Assembly (NCBI GenBank): GCA_964016885.1
Contig: OZ024746.1
Coordinates: 69,936,001 to 70,000,000 of the forward strand
Length of the DNA: 64,000 bases
Direction: 5' to 3'
From: Eledone cirrhosa
Lineage: Eukaryota
A program made the position numbers and the translations under genes. This document shows positions 43,057 to 56,908 of the stretch, one piece after another. How positions within the stretch are numbered: the first letter of the stretch is position 1; the number at the start of each line of letters is the position of its first letter. Below the pieces are notes generated by a model. That model was given only the letters and a program-made list of their open reading frames with translations, ran no database searches and was not told the DNA's origin.

Positions 43057-45395
43057 ATAATAATAATAATAATGAAATTATTGTGTACAGTGCTCAGGTG
43101 CACTACAACTCATCAAAGGTGCATGTATAGTACATAGAATAATGTACAAATGTCAGGAAAATAAACAGTGTATGAGTCATGATATAATAACAATAACAAT
43201 AATGAAATATTGTGCACAGTGCCCAGGTGCACCACAACCCATCAAAAAAGTGCATGTACAGTACATAGGGCAATGCACAAACATCAGTAAAATGAACAGT
43301 GCACACATGTGTGCATGTGTATGGAAGGGGCACATCAGGTGTAGTTTTGGCGTATTTCGGGAAGCATGAGTGTCTTAAAGGATGCAGTGTCTCGGCAGCT
43401 AACAATTGACGCAGGCAGTTTGTTCCATGTTTCAGCAACTCTGAGCGTGAAAAAATGTCTGCGAAAGTCATGGGAGCTGTGCTGTTTTCTTATCTTGTAG
43501 GCATGTCCACGTGTGTTAGACACATGGAGATCAAAGAGGCGCTCAGGGTTGCAGTTGGCGAGATGGTTAAAAACTTTGTGGGTATTCACCAAGTCCACTG
43601 CCAGACGTCGGAGCTTCAATGAATCCATGCCCAGGGAAGCAAGGCGTTCAGAGTATGGTAGGTGTCTGATGGAGGGTATGCGCTTGGTTGCACGTCTCTG
43701 AACAGTTTCCAGGAGGTCAATGTTCCGAGCAAGATAGGGGTTCCAGACTGATGATGCGAATTCCAAGTGTGGTCGCACCATAGCTGTATACAGTTTTAAA
43801 TAGATGGCTGGAGAGCGGCTAACAAAGGTCTTGCTGAGTGATGCCAAGACACCCTCGGCCTTCTTGACAATCTTAGAGACATGCTTTGTCCAATGCAAAT
43901 CGTTGCTGACAGTAATGCCTAGGTCACGTTCACAAGAGGACTTTTTGATGTCAGTGTTGTGGAGGGAGTATGTGGACGCTGGATTTTTCCTTCCAAAATG
44001 CATGGTGGTACACTTGTCCACAGCCAGCTTCAGTTGCCAGTCTGTGATCCATTGCTGCATTGTGTCCAGGTCTGATTGTAGGAAAGAGTTGTAAATTTCA
44101 GGATCAGTCCTTTTGATTTCAAGGTACAGCTTGATGTCATCTGCATATTTTAGTACCGTGGCATTCTGTAAGTTGGCATCTATGTCATTAATATATGCCA
44201 CAAACAAAAGAGGACCAAGAACAGATCCCTGTGGTACACCAGATGACATCTCATATGGTGAAGAATGCTGTCCTAGAACCGTGACTACTTCCCTTCGGCT
44301 GAGAATGAAGGATTTCAGCCAGTCGAAAAGATCATCCCTCACACCCATTGCAGAGAGTTTTGCCATAAGTCTTTTGTGTGGCACAGAATTAAAAGCCTTA
44401 GCAAAGTCAAGGTAAACAACATCCACCCATGAGCCGCTGTCAGTGATCCGGGTGATGTCCTCAAGGAACTCGATAAGCTGATCACAGCAGCTGGAGTTAG
44501 GGATAAATCCAAACTGTGATGGCCGGATGAGGCTGTGAGAGCTCCAGAAGTTCCAAAGTGTTTCTCTGACACAGGATTCCATCAGTTTGGCCATACAGCT
44601 AGTAAGACTGACTGGACGATAGTTGACAGGTGACATGCGGTTGCCCTTTTTGAACAGGGGAATGACACTGGCAGTTTTCCACTGCTCCGGAGTAGCACCA
44701 TTGCTGAGACAGTATTGAAAGAAAAAAGAAAGCTGGCGCAAAAGGAAATCCCCGCCACGTTTGAGAAGCAGGTATGTCACACCATCAAGACCAGGGGAGG
44801 CATAGTTGCGCTTATTCTTAAGGTGACGTCGCAACATTGCAGGTGTAAATTCCATAGTTGTTATGGAATTTGATGTTAGAGATGGTGGAGATGGTACATT
44901 CTGGTTTTCAACAGTAAAAATACTTGCATAGCACTCAGCAATGAGTTCTGCGCATTCCTTGGGATCGTCAGTGATCTGGCTTGTGTGGGGATTGCGAAGA
45001 GGACCAACTGGAGAGTGAGGTCTCTGCTTTGAATGAACATATTTCCAGAACACCTTACTGTCAGGATTGGTTGCGATGCACTGTTCAAATTCAAGCACTG
45101 CCTTCTTTGTCACTTGCTTGAGATGGTTAGAAGATTTATTCCGCTTTTTTCTGTTGGCATCTGATCTATGCAGTTTATATTCCCGTTCAGCGTTCCGACG
45201 TTCTTTCCTGGCAAGTCGGACTGCTGAAGTTTCCCAGATTGCAATTTTGGGGTGGTTATTTTTCCGCTTCCGTGGCACTGATGCTGCACACGCTATCCAT
45301 ATTGAGTCCAGGATGCTCTGGAGTATAGAGTTCACATCTTCAGAGTTATACATCTCATGCCAGTTTGGGCGCTGTAGCTCAGTGCAGTACAAGTT
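43057..45395 (-). mobile_element. 5'-truncated CR1-clade LINE, uninterrupted 685-aa RT-containing frame, 3' UTR with (ATT)n tail
   Basis: SPGLDG, NYRPVSLTS, QFGF, YLDFAKAFNSVPH, SGVPQGSVLGP, YADD, ERDLG, VQRRATK, TRGH, FFTLRV..WNKLP. A separate 3'-end fragment lies at 45613-45692. Confidence 0.92.
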
Positions 45396-45876
45396 CCAAT
45401 ATATATATATATATGTGTGTGTCTGTGTGTTTGTGTGTCTATTTACGTTTATTTAACGGTTAGATAACATGAGAACCAGACATATAAAAAGACATTTTTG
45501 GATGATTGAAATCGATTAAATCCTTTCAAAGTCTATACTCCAGCATAGCTGAATCTAGCAAAAGAATAAAACAATAATAAAAATATGTCTATATATATTA
45601 TAAAAATAACGAAAATGATTGTGTACAGTGCTCGGGCGCACTATAACTCATCAAAGGTGCATGTATAGTACATAGAATAATGTACAAATGTCATATAAAT
45701 ATTAGTTTACGAAGCTAGTCGAAAAAGAATCGGTTCAAACGTAATGAAGGCATAACAAATCGTTCTTGTATTATTATATTTACACTCTGTTTAGCTCTAC
45801 ACCTGGCTACTGACATGAACCTAAACATCGAGTGCTCACCTGGGTGAACCTACAGTAACTTCCCGTTACAGTCCCT

Positions 45877-45916
<40 letters not shown>

Positions 45917-45986
45917 TCTCACAGTGAGTGTGTTCTACTATTATTTCTGGCAATATTATTACAACAATATGACCCTCCCCAAGTAT

Positions 45987-45992
<6 letters not shown>
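45917..45992 (+). mobile_element. 3'-terminal fragment of the 37737 PLE family between (TA)n tracts
   Basis: cagtgagtgtgttct..tctggcaatattatt..atatgaccctccccaagtataacaat matches the reverse complement of 37737-37807. Confidence 0.8.
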
Positions 45993-46082
<90 letters not shown>

Positions 46083-46270
46083 ATTTATCCTTATCGAGCC
46101 CTCTTTGGATTTTAGTCTTCAAATTTATTATTATTACTAATATATATATATATATAGAGAGAGAGAAAGAGAGAGAGAGAAAAGATATGTAAAATCCCGA
46201 CCGCGGTGGTGTATATATATATACACACATACATATAGACATATATGCGCGTTTATAAATACATACATAC

Positions 46271-46341
<71 letters not shown>

Positions 46342-46366
46342 TCCATACACATACACACTAACTAAA

Positions 46367-46650
46367 AAGTCTAAAGTCTGTCTTAGGCCAGAAGGCTCAT
46401 TTGGCCGGTGCTTATCCCGGTTTCATGGCGTGAAGCGACTGAGAGTACAAGACTCCCACCTGGACAGGACGCCAGTCCATCGAAGGGTTAAACCTCCAGC
46501 TATTACTGATACTCCTTTTCAGCTGAGTATACTGGAGCAACGTGAAATGAAGTGTTTTGCTCAAGAACACAACACGCAGCCCAGGAATCGAACCCACGAC
46601 ATTATGATCGTAAGTCCAATACTCTTACCACTAGGCCACGTGCCTCCACC
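46367..46650 (-). mobile_element. Near full-length tRNA-derived SINE
   Basis: Minus strand ggaggcacgtggcctagtggtaagag..gggttcgattcc..tgtgttcttgagcaaaacactt..; tail agactttagacttttt. Confidence 0.82.
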
Positions 46651-46759
46651 ATACATACTTACATACATACATACATACCTACATACACACAAACACACAC
46701 ATATATATATGTCTACGCACATCTCGAACAGGAAAAAGATTGAATGAATGAGAGTTAAC

Positions 46760-48260
<1,501 letters not shown>

Positions 48261-48754
48261 AAAGTAAAATAGATTTTCAGTGAGTCCAGAAGTATTGCTG
48301 TTGTGACTATAAACATATGAAATAATGTCCTAACAATATTGGTACTGACGTTCTAGAAATGTAATATCAAGGCTGTTGTTATCTCAATGTTTTACAGTAA
48401 TCTAAAGTAGCGCCAATAACTTCACATTCCACGCCTACAAACCCCTAAAATCGATATTGTCGGAAGTGATTTTATTTTGCTTTTTAAAGCACTATATTTT
48501 CTTCTCCATTTTATATACTTATATATATATTTTTAAAACCAGTGTTGTTCTTTATACCCACCGCCATTTTGTCCCTTTCTTTCTTTCTTTCTTTCTTTCT
48601 TTCGTGCTTTCTTTCTTACTTTTTTTCTTTCTTTCGCATCACTATCTCTTTCCTTCGTCACTAAACACAGTGGTACCTACCTAAACTGTAAATTCTTGAT
48701 ATGCATCAACGCCTTCCTATGTATGTATGTATGTATGTATGTATGTATGTATGT

Positions 48755-49120
48755 TTTCTCTTTCTCTTAATTTCGAGTATATTTTTTTGACCGGCCACCT
48801 TCCTGGTGGCAAGGTTGTAAAAGAAAAGAAATTGTCATCCCTTGAATCGCAAGAATGTTTTGCATATTTTGAAGGTGCCAGCTATCGCAGCCATTTGTAG
48901 ACTATGAATTAGGGAGCTGCGCTTTTTGTCCGCAAATCCAAGTTCGGTCATACTTTGGTCCAAGCGGGTTGGTATATAACCCGTAGCACCAATAATGATG
49001 GGTATGAAGCTAAAGGTGTATCTTGGATACTGGATTTGTAAGCTCCTCATCAATGGTCCGTAGATGTCCTCCTTCTCCTGTATTTTTCTGACAACGTTTA
49101 CATCAAGTGGGCAGCTGATC
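48755..49120 (-). mobile_element. 3' fragment of a second R4/Dong-like family, flanked on both sides by (TATG)n
   Basis: ISCPLDVNVVRKIQEKEDIYGPLMRSLQIQYPRYTFSFIPIIIGATG aligns by eye with ISCPADANIISKISEKENIYAELMRNLQILHPDYTFRFMPVVIGALG of the 25.4-kb element. Confidence 0.85.
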
Positions 49121-50354
49121 ATGTATGTATGTATGTATGTATGTATGTATGTATGTATGTATGTATGTATGTATGTATGTATGTATGTATGTATGCATGC
49201 TTATATATGTATATATGTAAGTAGGCATCTATGTATGTATTTATGTATGATTGCATGTATATATGTATGTATGCATGTACATGTATATATGTATTTTCCC
49301 CCTCTTTCCTATGTATGTATATATATGTATGTATGTGTGTGTGTATTCTTGGTGGGGCTATGAAAAGGTAGAAAATAGAAGGATGTTAATATCTGGATAA
49401 CAGGACCAGAATGTTCTGAAGATCCACGATCTCATCACATAAGCCCTATGGACATAATTGTTGATGCGGTATCATCGTTTGAGGTTTTTGTTGAGAATTG
49501 AAGTTGATATATATAGAAAAATCTAACCTTGGTTTTTTGAAGGTTTTCACGATGTATTACTCATATTCAAACTGACTATATTCAATGTGGCTGGACTCCT
49601 AGAGTTTCTATTACACAAGAGGCGAATATATATCAATGATCACATGTATCTATATTACCTTCTCATCCCTTTGCCCTTTCATTTTTCGCTGCAAATTTAC
49701 GGATATGTAAAGCTTCATAGTTAAAACAGAGTCTAACATAAAGAGGGCAGAAAGAAATTGAAATCCAAGTAATTGATGTTTGGAAACATAACTGATGTCC
49801 TTCACACAACGTATAAGGTATTCAAAGATAAATTGAAGGAAGGCCTGAAGTAAAGTCTGACAAGTGTCATGTTTTAGAACACCCTTACATTATGACTGTT
49901 AGAAACCCTTCCAGATCTCTGCCATACATAAAAGTTTATCTCCTTACATCATGATTATTACAATATCACATGTTAAGGTACGCAGCCTAAAACCATGTCT
50001 TTAGAAATACCTACAAACCACTGTAATATGTTGGGGTTTATACACTTAAACTATGACTATTAGAAACATTTAAAGCTCACTGTCATGTATTAGGACTTAC
50101 ACCCTTACACTTTAGAAACACCAATCCTTCAATAAATTACATACATTTAGAAGGACTGACATTAAGGCATGTCTCATTATCGGTGGAGATAACTCAGATG
50201 TACTTTATGGATGGACAAGCATCACACAATTATTTATATGGTCCGAGGTAAGCCATAGTTCCACTAGTAACACTTTTCAGCATCTCCTCTCAAATTGAGA
50301 ACATCAAGTATTTCCAAGATACACATATACATGCCCACCAATACGAGTCCCCAC

Positions 50355-50419
<65 letters not shown>

Positions 50420-50424
50420 GCAAA

Positions 50425-50503
<79 letters not shown>

Positions 50504-50518
50504 GCACACACACACACA

Positions 50519-50573
<55 letters not shown>

Positions 50574-50804
50574 TTACACTCAAATACAAACACACATACT
50601 TATATGCAATGAAAACTAGTAGAAACCACTTGGTTTTCTTTTAGTATTAAATAATCTTTTCGTATTTTTCGAGAACGCAGACATGGTCAAACGGTTAAAA
50701 ACATAACTTTGAAATCATAAGGTCCCGGGTTTGATCCCACTGCGTGACATCTTGAGCAAGTATCATCTACCGTAGTTTCGAGATGACCCAGGCCAAAGCT
50801 GGTC

Positions 50805-51270
50805 CAGTAAAAACTTCTCTCTGAAGCCCAAACTACGATTCTACAACTCCAATGTGATCTCTACTCTTCTGTGAGGTTGTGAGACGTGGCAACTCAAAAG
50901 AAACCAAGAGAAAAAAAGCTTGATGCTTTTGACTCCAAAAACCCGAAGAGAATCCTTTGTGTCAAATGAACGACAATATTACAAATAAAGAAATCAGGTC
51001 AGTAGCCAGTATGATCAAAAATCTGCAGAAGGCGCCTTAGCTGGCTTGGATGCCTTTGCAGCCAACCAAACTTTGTGCTGAGTTACAGGAAGCAAAATAA
51101 AGCAAGGAAGACTTAAAATGATTTGGCATGAGAACATTGTGCAAGGTTTACGACTGGTGAACAAAGCATGGAAGGATTATCTGTTCTGGTTAGAGATAGA
51201 AAAGGCTGGATTGGTCTGACTACCTCATGCATCTCAAGACATAGGGGCATCTAAATTTAAATAAAATAGA
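50805..51270 (+). pseudogene. Decayed RTE-like LINE 3' fragment
   Basis: SNVISTLL*GCETWQL..LDAFDSK..RIL.VK* remnants. Confidence 0.6.
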
Positions 51271-51904
51271 CATCTCTGTGGAAGGCACAGATCAAACAAC
51301 TGGAACGCTCATCGTCGAAACCGACAACGGTCCCGCCCATTCCATTCCACATTTTTTTTATTAGTTTCTCTTGTTTTGATTGTTATCTGAAATTTATAAA
51401 AAGTTTTTCGCAAGTCATTTTTTTTTAGTTATAAGTCTCCATTATCATATTCTCAGGATATATATCCAAAGAATGACGGATGTTCTTGAGGCGAGAAAGT
51501 TCATATCAACCAATGGAGTTTTTTTTTTCTTCTGCCTCTAATCCTGAAATGTCTAGCAATTGATTCTGAAGTGTAGGATAGATAAACATTTATCCTTTAT
51601 CCTTATCTGATCTACTAAGTTGTTTCAAGTCGATGTATTGGAAAATCCTTACGCTAGAAGCAGGTCAGGAACGAGTTCATATAATTCGATACATTCTTTA
51701 AAGAAACACATTCTCGGCTGTGTAGTTGAAAAGTTTGCTTCGAAAATGCCTGGTTTTCATTTCGATCCCATTGAGTAGTATATCGGGGGAGTGTCTTAGT
51801 TTTACATAATAACCTTAAGTTGATTAATGCCTTACGAATGAAATTTGCTTGACATAAACTGCATGGGAATCCGTCATACCCCTCCCCCCATATATATATA
51901 TAGT

Positions 51905-52123
51905 TCAAGGAAACGACAGAGGTATAACCGGTCTTATTATTTTCACACTTTATATTGGAAAAGGGGAAAGAAAGTTCGACGTGTCGGGCTTTAGCCCTTC
52001 TTCAGGAGTACAAAAATAGAGACAAGAGCACAAAGGATAGCTACAGAAAATAAAAGGTAGTCCAAGTAAAAAAACAACAACCCAAAACGAATTTACCCCC
52101 GATTGAACCCGAGATAAACTTCT

Positions 52124-52130
<7 letters not shown>
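51905..52130 (-). mobile_element. PLE-type cassette with mutated minimal hammerhead
   Basis: Minus strand 52007-51976: tc-CTGAAGA-agggctaaagccc-GACA-cgTC-ga (GAAA mutated to GACA). Confidence 0.6.
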
Positions 52131-52219
<89 letters not shown>

Positions 52220-52668
52220 ATGTATATATATATATATAAATATATATGAAAATAGAGAAATTAATGTGAGCAAGAAGCCAACAGTAATTCATACGTATAA
52301 GTGACTATTACGTCAAGATGGAAAATATTTAACGTAAGATATGAGAAAATAATTCAATCCCAATTCAAAAAAAGTCAAGACACAAATTTTATCCACAGAT
52401 TTTGTGTAATCCAAGGAAAAAACCAATAGAATCTTAACTCAGAATAAAATTAAGAGTAAATACTTATCATTCAATTTGGAAAAATCTACAAAGACTATTT
52501 CACGAAACTTTTCGTGCCAGAAGGGAATTTAAAAGCAGGCTAATTACACCTCGTGTGGAATTAAGATAATAAACACGCATGGAGAACAGGGCTAGTGACG
52601 TCAGAATGAGACGAATGACTGTTTACAAGAAACAGCAGTCAAAACATTCCGAAAAAAAGCTCAACAAA

Positions 52669-52714
<46 letters not shown>

Positions 52715-52717
<3 letters not shown>

Positions 52718-52903
52718 GTAGGAGGTGAGTTTTATTGTAGCACCATATGTTGATTTAAAACTTCACTACTCACAAGTGTTTTTTAAGCTTCATATCATGT
52801 CTCCATATTTTATCTGATGAGAACGCAGATATCATCCCATGATGATATTTGTTTTTGAAATGCGCCTAATATACTTGGAACTCTTTTAACCATCTTTTGA
52901 TCT

Positions 52904-52905
<2 letters not shown>
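52715..52905 (+). mobile_element. (TA)n-embedded cassette with type I hammerhead
   Basis: tat-CTGATGA(52814)-long stem gcagatatcat/atgatatttgt-GAAA(52857)-tgcgccTA-ata. Confidence 0.7.
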
Positions 52906-52954
<49 letters not shown>

Positions 52955-52959
<5 letters not shown>

Positions 52960-53676
52960 AGATTTGAATGGATACAGTTTAGTTGAAAGGAATTTATTGA
53001 CACGTGTTTCTATAACAGTTACATAACCTAAAACAGCTATCTACAAACTTTTAGTTATGCAGACATTCAATATTTCAATGTTATTATTTACTGTCATTTC
53101 ATCAGAATAATATTACTGAGGACCTATTTAGTTTTTATAGAGAATATTAGGAGGGAGGGGTGAAGTTGTTAGAAGAATAGTTGAAGGAGTGGTTTTTCGA
53201 TAGCAGTGAGAATTCTTGGTGGCAGTGAGTAATTAGATTCCCATCTGTTGTTTTGACATTTTTTATGGAATATATTATTGGTTATTTTTCTAAATCTATA
53301 GAAGGATTAGAGATAGTAAAGATATGCGTGGTTGGTTTTGTGTTTGCACTTAACATTCAGACTTAAATTTTTCTTTCAAGTGTACGTATTCTTTCACCCA
53401 CGCATTCACACACAAATATATTTGCACACCTCTACAAAGTACATATACTCACAATTCACATATTCATACTTACATATATATACACATGCATACACATATA
53501 TATACACACATGTATTCATGTACATACATACGCGCTCATGTGTATACATTTTCATACTCAACTTATCTTTATATATACACACGTATAGACACACACATAT
53601 ATACATACATACTCTAGTCCATGTGTACACACATACACATACATACACATCCATATACACATACATACATACACAC

Positions 53677-53764
<88 letters not shown>

Positions 53765-55539
53765 ACATACATACACATACACACACATATATATATATAT
53801 ATAAGCACTTTAATACATGAATACACTTACATCTAACTATACACATCAAACATATATATATATTTACTTATTTATATACATTTTCACATATATATACATA
53901 CTTATGGACGTTTTTAGACACATTCATTATCGCATATTTGTACCTATTCTCATCAGCATATCTTTTCATTATTAGTATGGTAATTTAAGGTTATTAATAT
54001 ATGTTGAGAAGAGATTGTTTTTATATTTTTCTAACTAGATTAAGGTTTATATAGTTGGGGGATGTCCCTCTTTTATGTAATATTCGGCTTGTAGTGGGAA
54101 AAAAGGGTTTTAGTTCTGTGACGGCAGAATAATGTTCGTTCAATTCTGTTATTCAGCAGTTTCTTCTTGTGTGTGATTATGTAATAAATCTCAAGATTAC
54201 ACAATTTGCAGAAATTTTGGCTCCTGGAAAAGCTTTGGGTTTTAGCTAATTTTTCCCATTTTAGGGTAAACTTTTGATTGCTATCCCTGAGCGTCCAAGC
54301 TTTTTCTGCTAAAGTTGTTACATTTCTTTGGCTCTGGTGTTTTATTGAGTAAGAATGCCTATACAATCGAGATTTAAACGATGTTGCCGTTGATCCCACG
54401 TAATACCACTCGTTGCCTCCGGATTTAATGGTACACTTATAAATAATATTTTTTTCCAGGCAGTTATTGCCGAGGAGGCAGTTGTCAGGATAGGTGCAGT
54501 TACAGTTGTGTACGTTGGGTTTTCTCTGGAGTAGTATTGCGGACGAACTTAGGTGTGGTTTATTTATGTTCTGTAGTGTATTGTCTACTGTTTTTTTGGG
54601 GTTCTTTGTACTTAAGTTCTTAGTGTTTTCGTTTAACCTTCTAGTATTGATCTTTTTTATGTGTTGTTCAAGGTTTAACGCTGTAGAGTATGACAGTCTT
54701 ATAGTGGTAGGGTTTAGGATTTTGTGGTATTTGTGTGATGTGGGAAAATGTCTTTTAATTATTTTAAAGAAGAGTACTGGTAAATTTGTACTAATGGAGC
54801 TATTGTATTCGGGGTTATACCATAAGTACTCTTTGCATCGCTTTCTATTAGTTTTGTTTGTTGGTTTACTGGTGTGCATACTATGGTAGTAAGTGTGGTT
54901 TGGTGTTGTGTTATTATATCTACCTATGTGGGATTTATTTTGGGTGTTTTGATTGTTCCCATCTATGTACTCTATTTTGTTGAGGTAGCCTGCTTTACTA
55001 AGGGCGTTATCGTAGTACTCGGCGTGTTCCTTAAATACTTGTATGTTAGAAGATAGACCCGAGATTCTAAGGGAAATATTTTTAGGGATAGATTTAATTA
55101 TAGAGATGGGGTGGTTAGACCCAACATTTACGTATTTGAGATTTTCATTCAATTTATGAAACGGTTTAATCAAACCAGAGTTTAAATTGAGTGTGACATC
55201 CAGGAAGTTAACTACTTTAAGGTTGTATTCATATGTTATAGTTAGTCCTATTTCGAGTAGTAGTTTTCTTATATCTTTGCGTAGTTTTTCTAGTTTTTGG
55301 TTATTAAGGTTTTTAGCTAGGAGGAGAACATCGTCGCGGTATATTCCGCCGTGGAGATTGCTGAATTTTTCCTGGAGTCTAAAGGCGATAAATAACCCCA
55401 CAATATCAGTTATTTCCGCCGAATCGTTAGAGCCCATTGTTATGTCAAAGTTAGAGGGTCTATCTTTACGTACCCAATAACTGTTTTCAAATTTGACTAT
55501 AGTTTTCCTAGCTTCTAATATAATCTGTGTATGTATGTG

Positions 55540-55634
<95 letters not shown>

Positions 55635-56464
55635 GTGTGTATGTATGTATGTGTATATGGATGTGTATGTATGTGTATGTGTGTACACATGGACTAGAGT
55701 ATGTATGTATATATGTGTGTGTCTATACGTGTGTATATATAAAGATAAGTTGAGTATGAAAATGTATACACATGAGCGCGTATGTATGTACATGAATACA
55801 TGTGTGTATATATATGTGTATGCATGTGTATATATATGTAAGTATGAATATGTGAATTGTGAGTATATGTACTTTGTAGAGGTGTGCAAATATATTTGTG
55901 TGTGAATGCGTGGGTGAAAGAATACGTACACTTGAAAGAAAAATGTAAGTCTGAATGTTAAGTGCAAACACAAAACCAACCACGCATATCTTTACTATCT
56001 CTAATCCTTCTATAGATTTAGAAAAATAACCAATAATATATTCCATAAAAAATGTCAAAACAACAGATGGGAATCTAATTACTCACTGCCACCAAGAATT
56101 CTCACTGCTATCGAAAAACCACTCCTTCAACTATTCTTCTAACAACTTCACCCCTCCCTCCTAATATTCTCTATAAAAACTAAATAGGTCCTCAGTAATA
56201 TTATTCTGATGAAATGACAGTAAATAATAACATTGAAATATTGAATGTCTGCATAACTAAAAGTTTGTAGATAGCTGTTTTAGGTTATGTAACTGTTATA
56301 GAAACACGTGTCAATAAATTCCTTTCAACTAAACTGTATCCATTCAAATCTTTCTATTTTTCTCCGGATTACTTTTGGAACTACAACTGGAACCGTCGAG
56401 CAAACTCTACGTGAGCTGATAATCTACTGTGTGTAATATTTATATTACAACACAACGGAAAATA

Positions 56465-56468
<4 letters not shown>
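52955..56468 (-). mobile_element. Hydra-like Penelope-like element with ~820-bp inverted terminal duplication, inserted in (TA)n
   Basis: The open frame runs ~55526-54073: FDITMGS, IYRDD, NFLDVTL, SNHP, WYNP, CNC..C linker, IIY..YVGST..FKSR..H, CKLC..E, LN.R.E..CRH. Arms 52955-~53775 and ~55527-56356 are reverse complements. Confidence 0.88.
54073..55437 (-). CDS. Truncated PLE RT-GIY-YIG polyprotein (uninterrupted frame, extends upstream to ~55526)
   Basis: ORF track 454 aa; motifs as listed for the element. Confidence 0.8.
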   Translation of the reverse strand: MGSNDSAEITDIVGLFIAFRLQEKFSNLHGGIYRDDVLLLAKNLNNQKLEKLRKDIRKLLLEIGLTITYEYNLKVVNFLDVTLNLNSGLIKPFHKLNENLKYVNVGSNHPISIIKSIPKNISLRISGLSSNIQVFKEHAEYYDNALSKAGYLNKIEYIDGNNQNTQNKSHIGRYNNTTPNHTYYHSMHTSKPTNKTNRKRCKEYLWYNPEYNSSISTNLPVLFFKIIKRHFPTSHKYHKILNPTTIRLSYSTALNLEQHIKKINTRRLNENTKNLSTKNPKKTVDNTLQNINKPHLSSSAILLQRKPNVHNCNCTYPDNCLLGNNCLEKNIIYKCTIKSGGNEWYYVGSTATSFKSRLYRHSYSIKHQSQRNVTTLAEKAWTLRDSNQKFTLKWEKLAKTQSFSRSQNFCKLCNLEIYYIITHKKKLLNNRIERTLFCRHRTKTLFSHYKPNIT

Positions 56469-56518
<50 letters not shown>

Positions 56519-56521
<3 letters not shown>

Positions 56522-56840
56522 AAATTCCTTCCTTGCTACATTTCAACCAGGTTTGATGGTCTTTATTCTCTCGTTCACGATTCCACCGAATTTATATTCA
56601 TAGAAATCTGGGACTTGTTTCTTTCTTCTTCATTACTTTCTGTTGCTTAAACCATTTTGTTTGTTTACCCTAGCGTCCCCTTTATTTACGTGTCCCAACG
56701 ACTTTTTTTAGCCGTTGCTTGCACCAACCTGAGGTATATGGCCTTTAAAGCGATGAAATGCCTACGACGGTTGGAAGGCCACTGATGAAGGACAAACTTT
56801 TTCATATGTAACCCATTTGCAACGCCGCAGCTCCATTATT

Positions 56841-56843
<3 letters not shown>
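56519..56843 (+). mobile_element. (TA)n-flanked cassette with rearranged hammerhead-like motif (family 1, copy B; motif 56691-56794)
   Basis: TA 56737-56738, GAAA 56755-56758, CTGATGA 56782-56788; homologous to 488-810. Confidence 0.8.
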
Positions 56844-56908
<65 letters not shown>

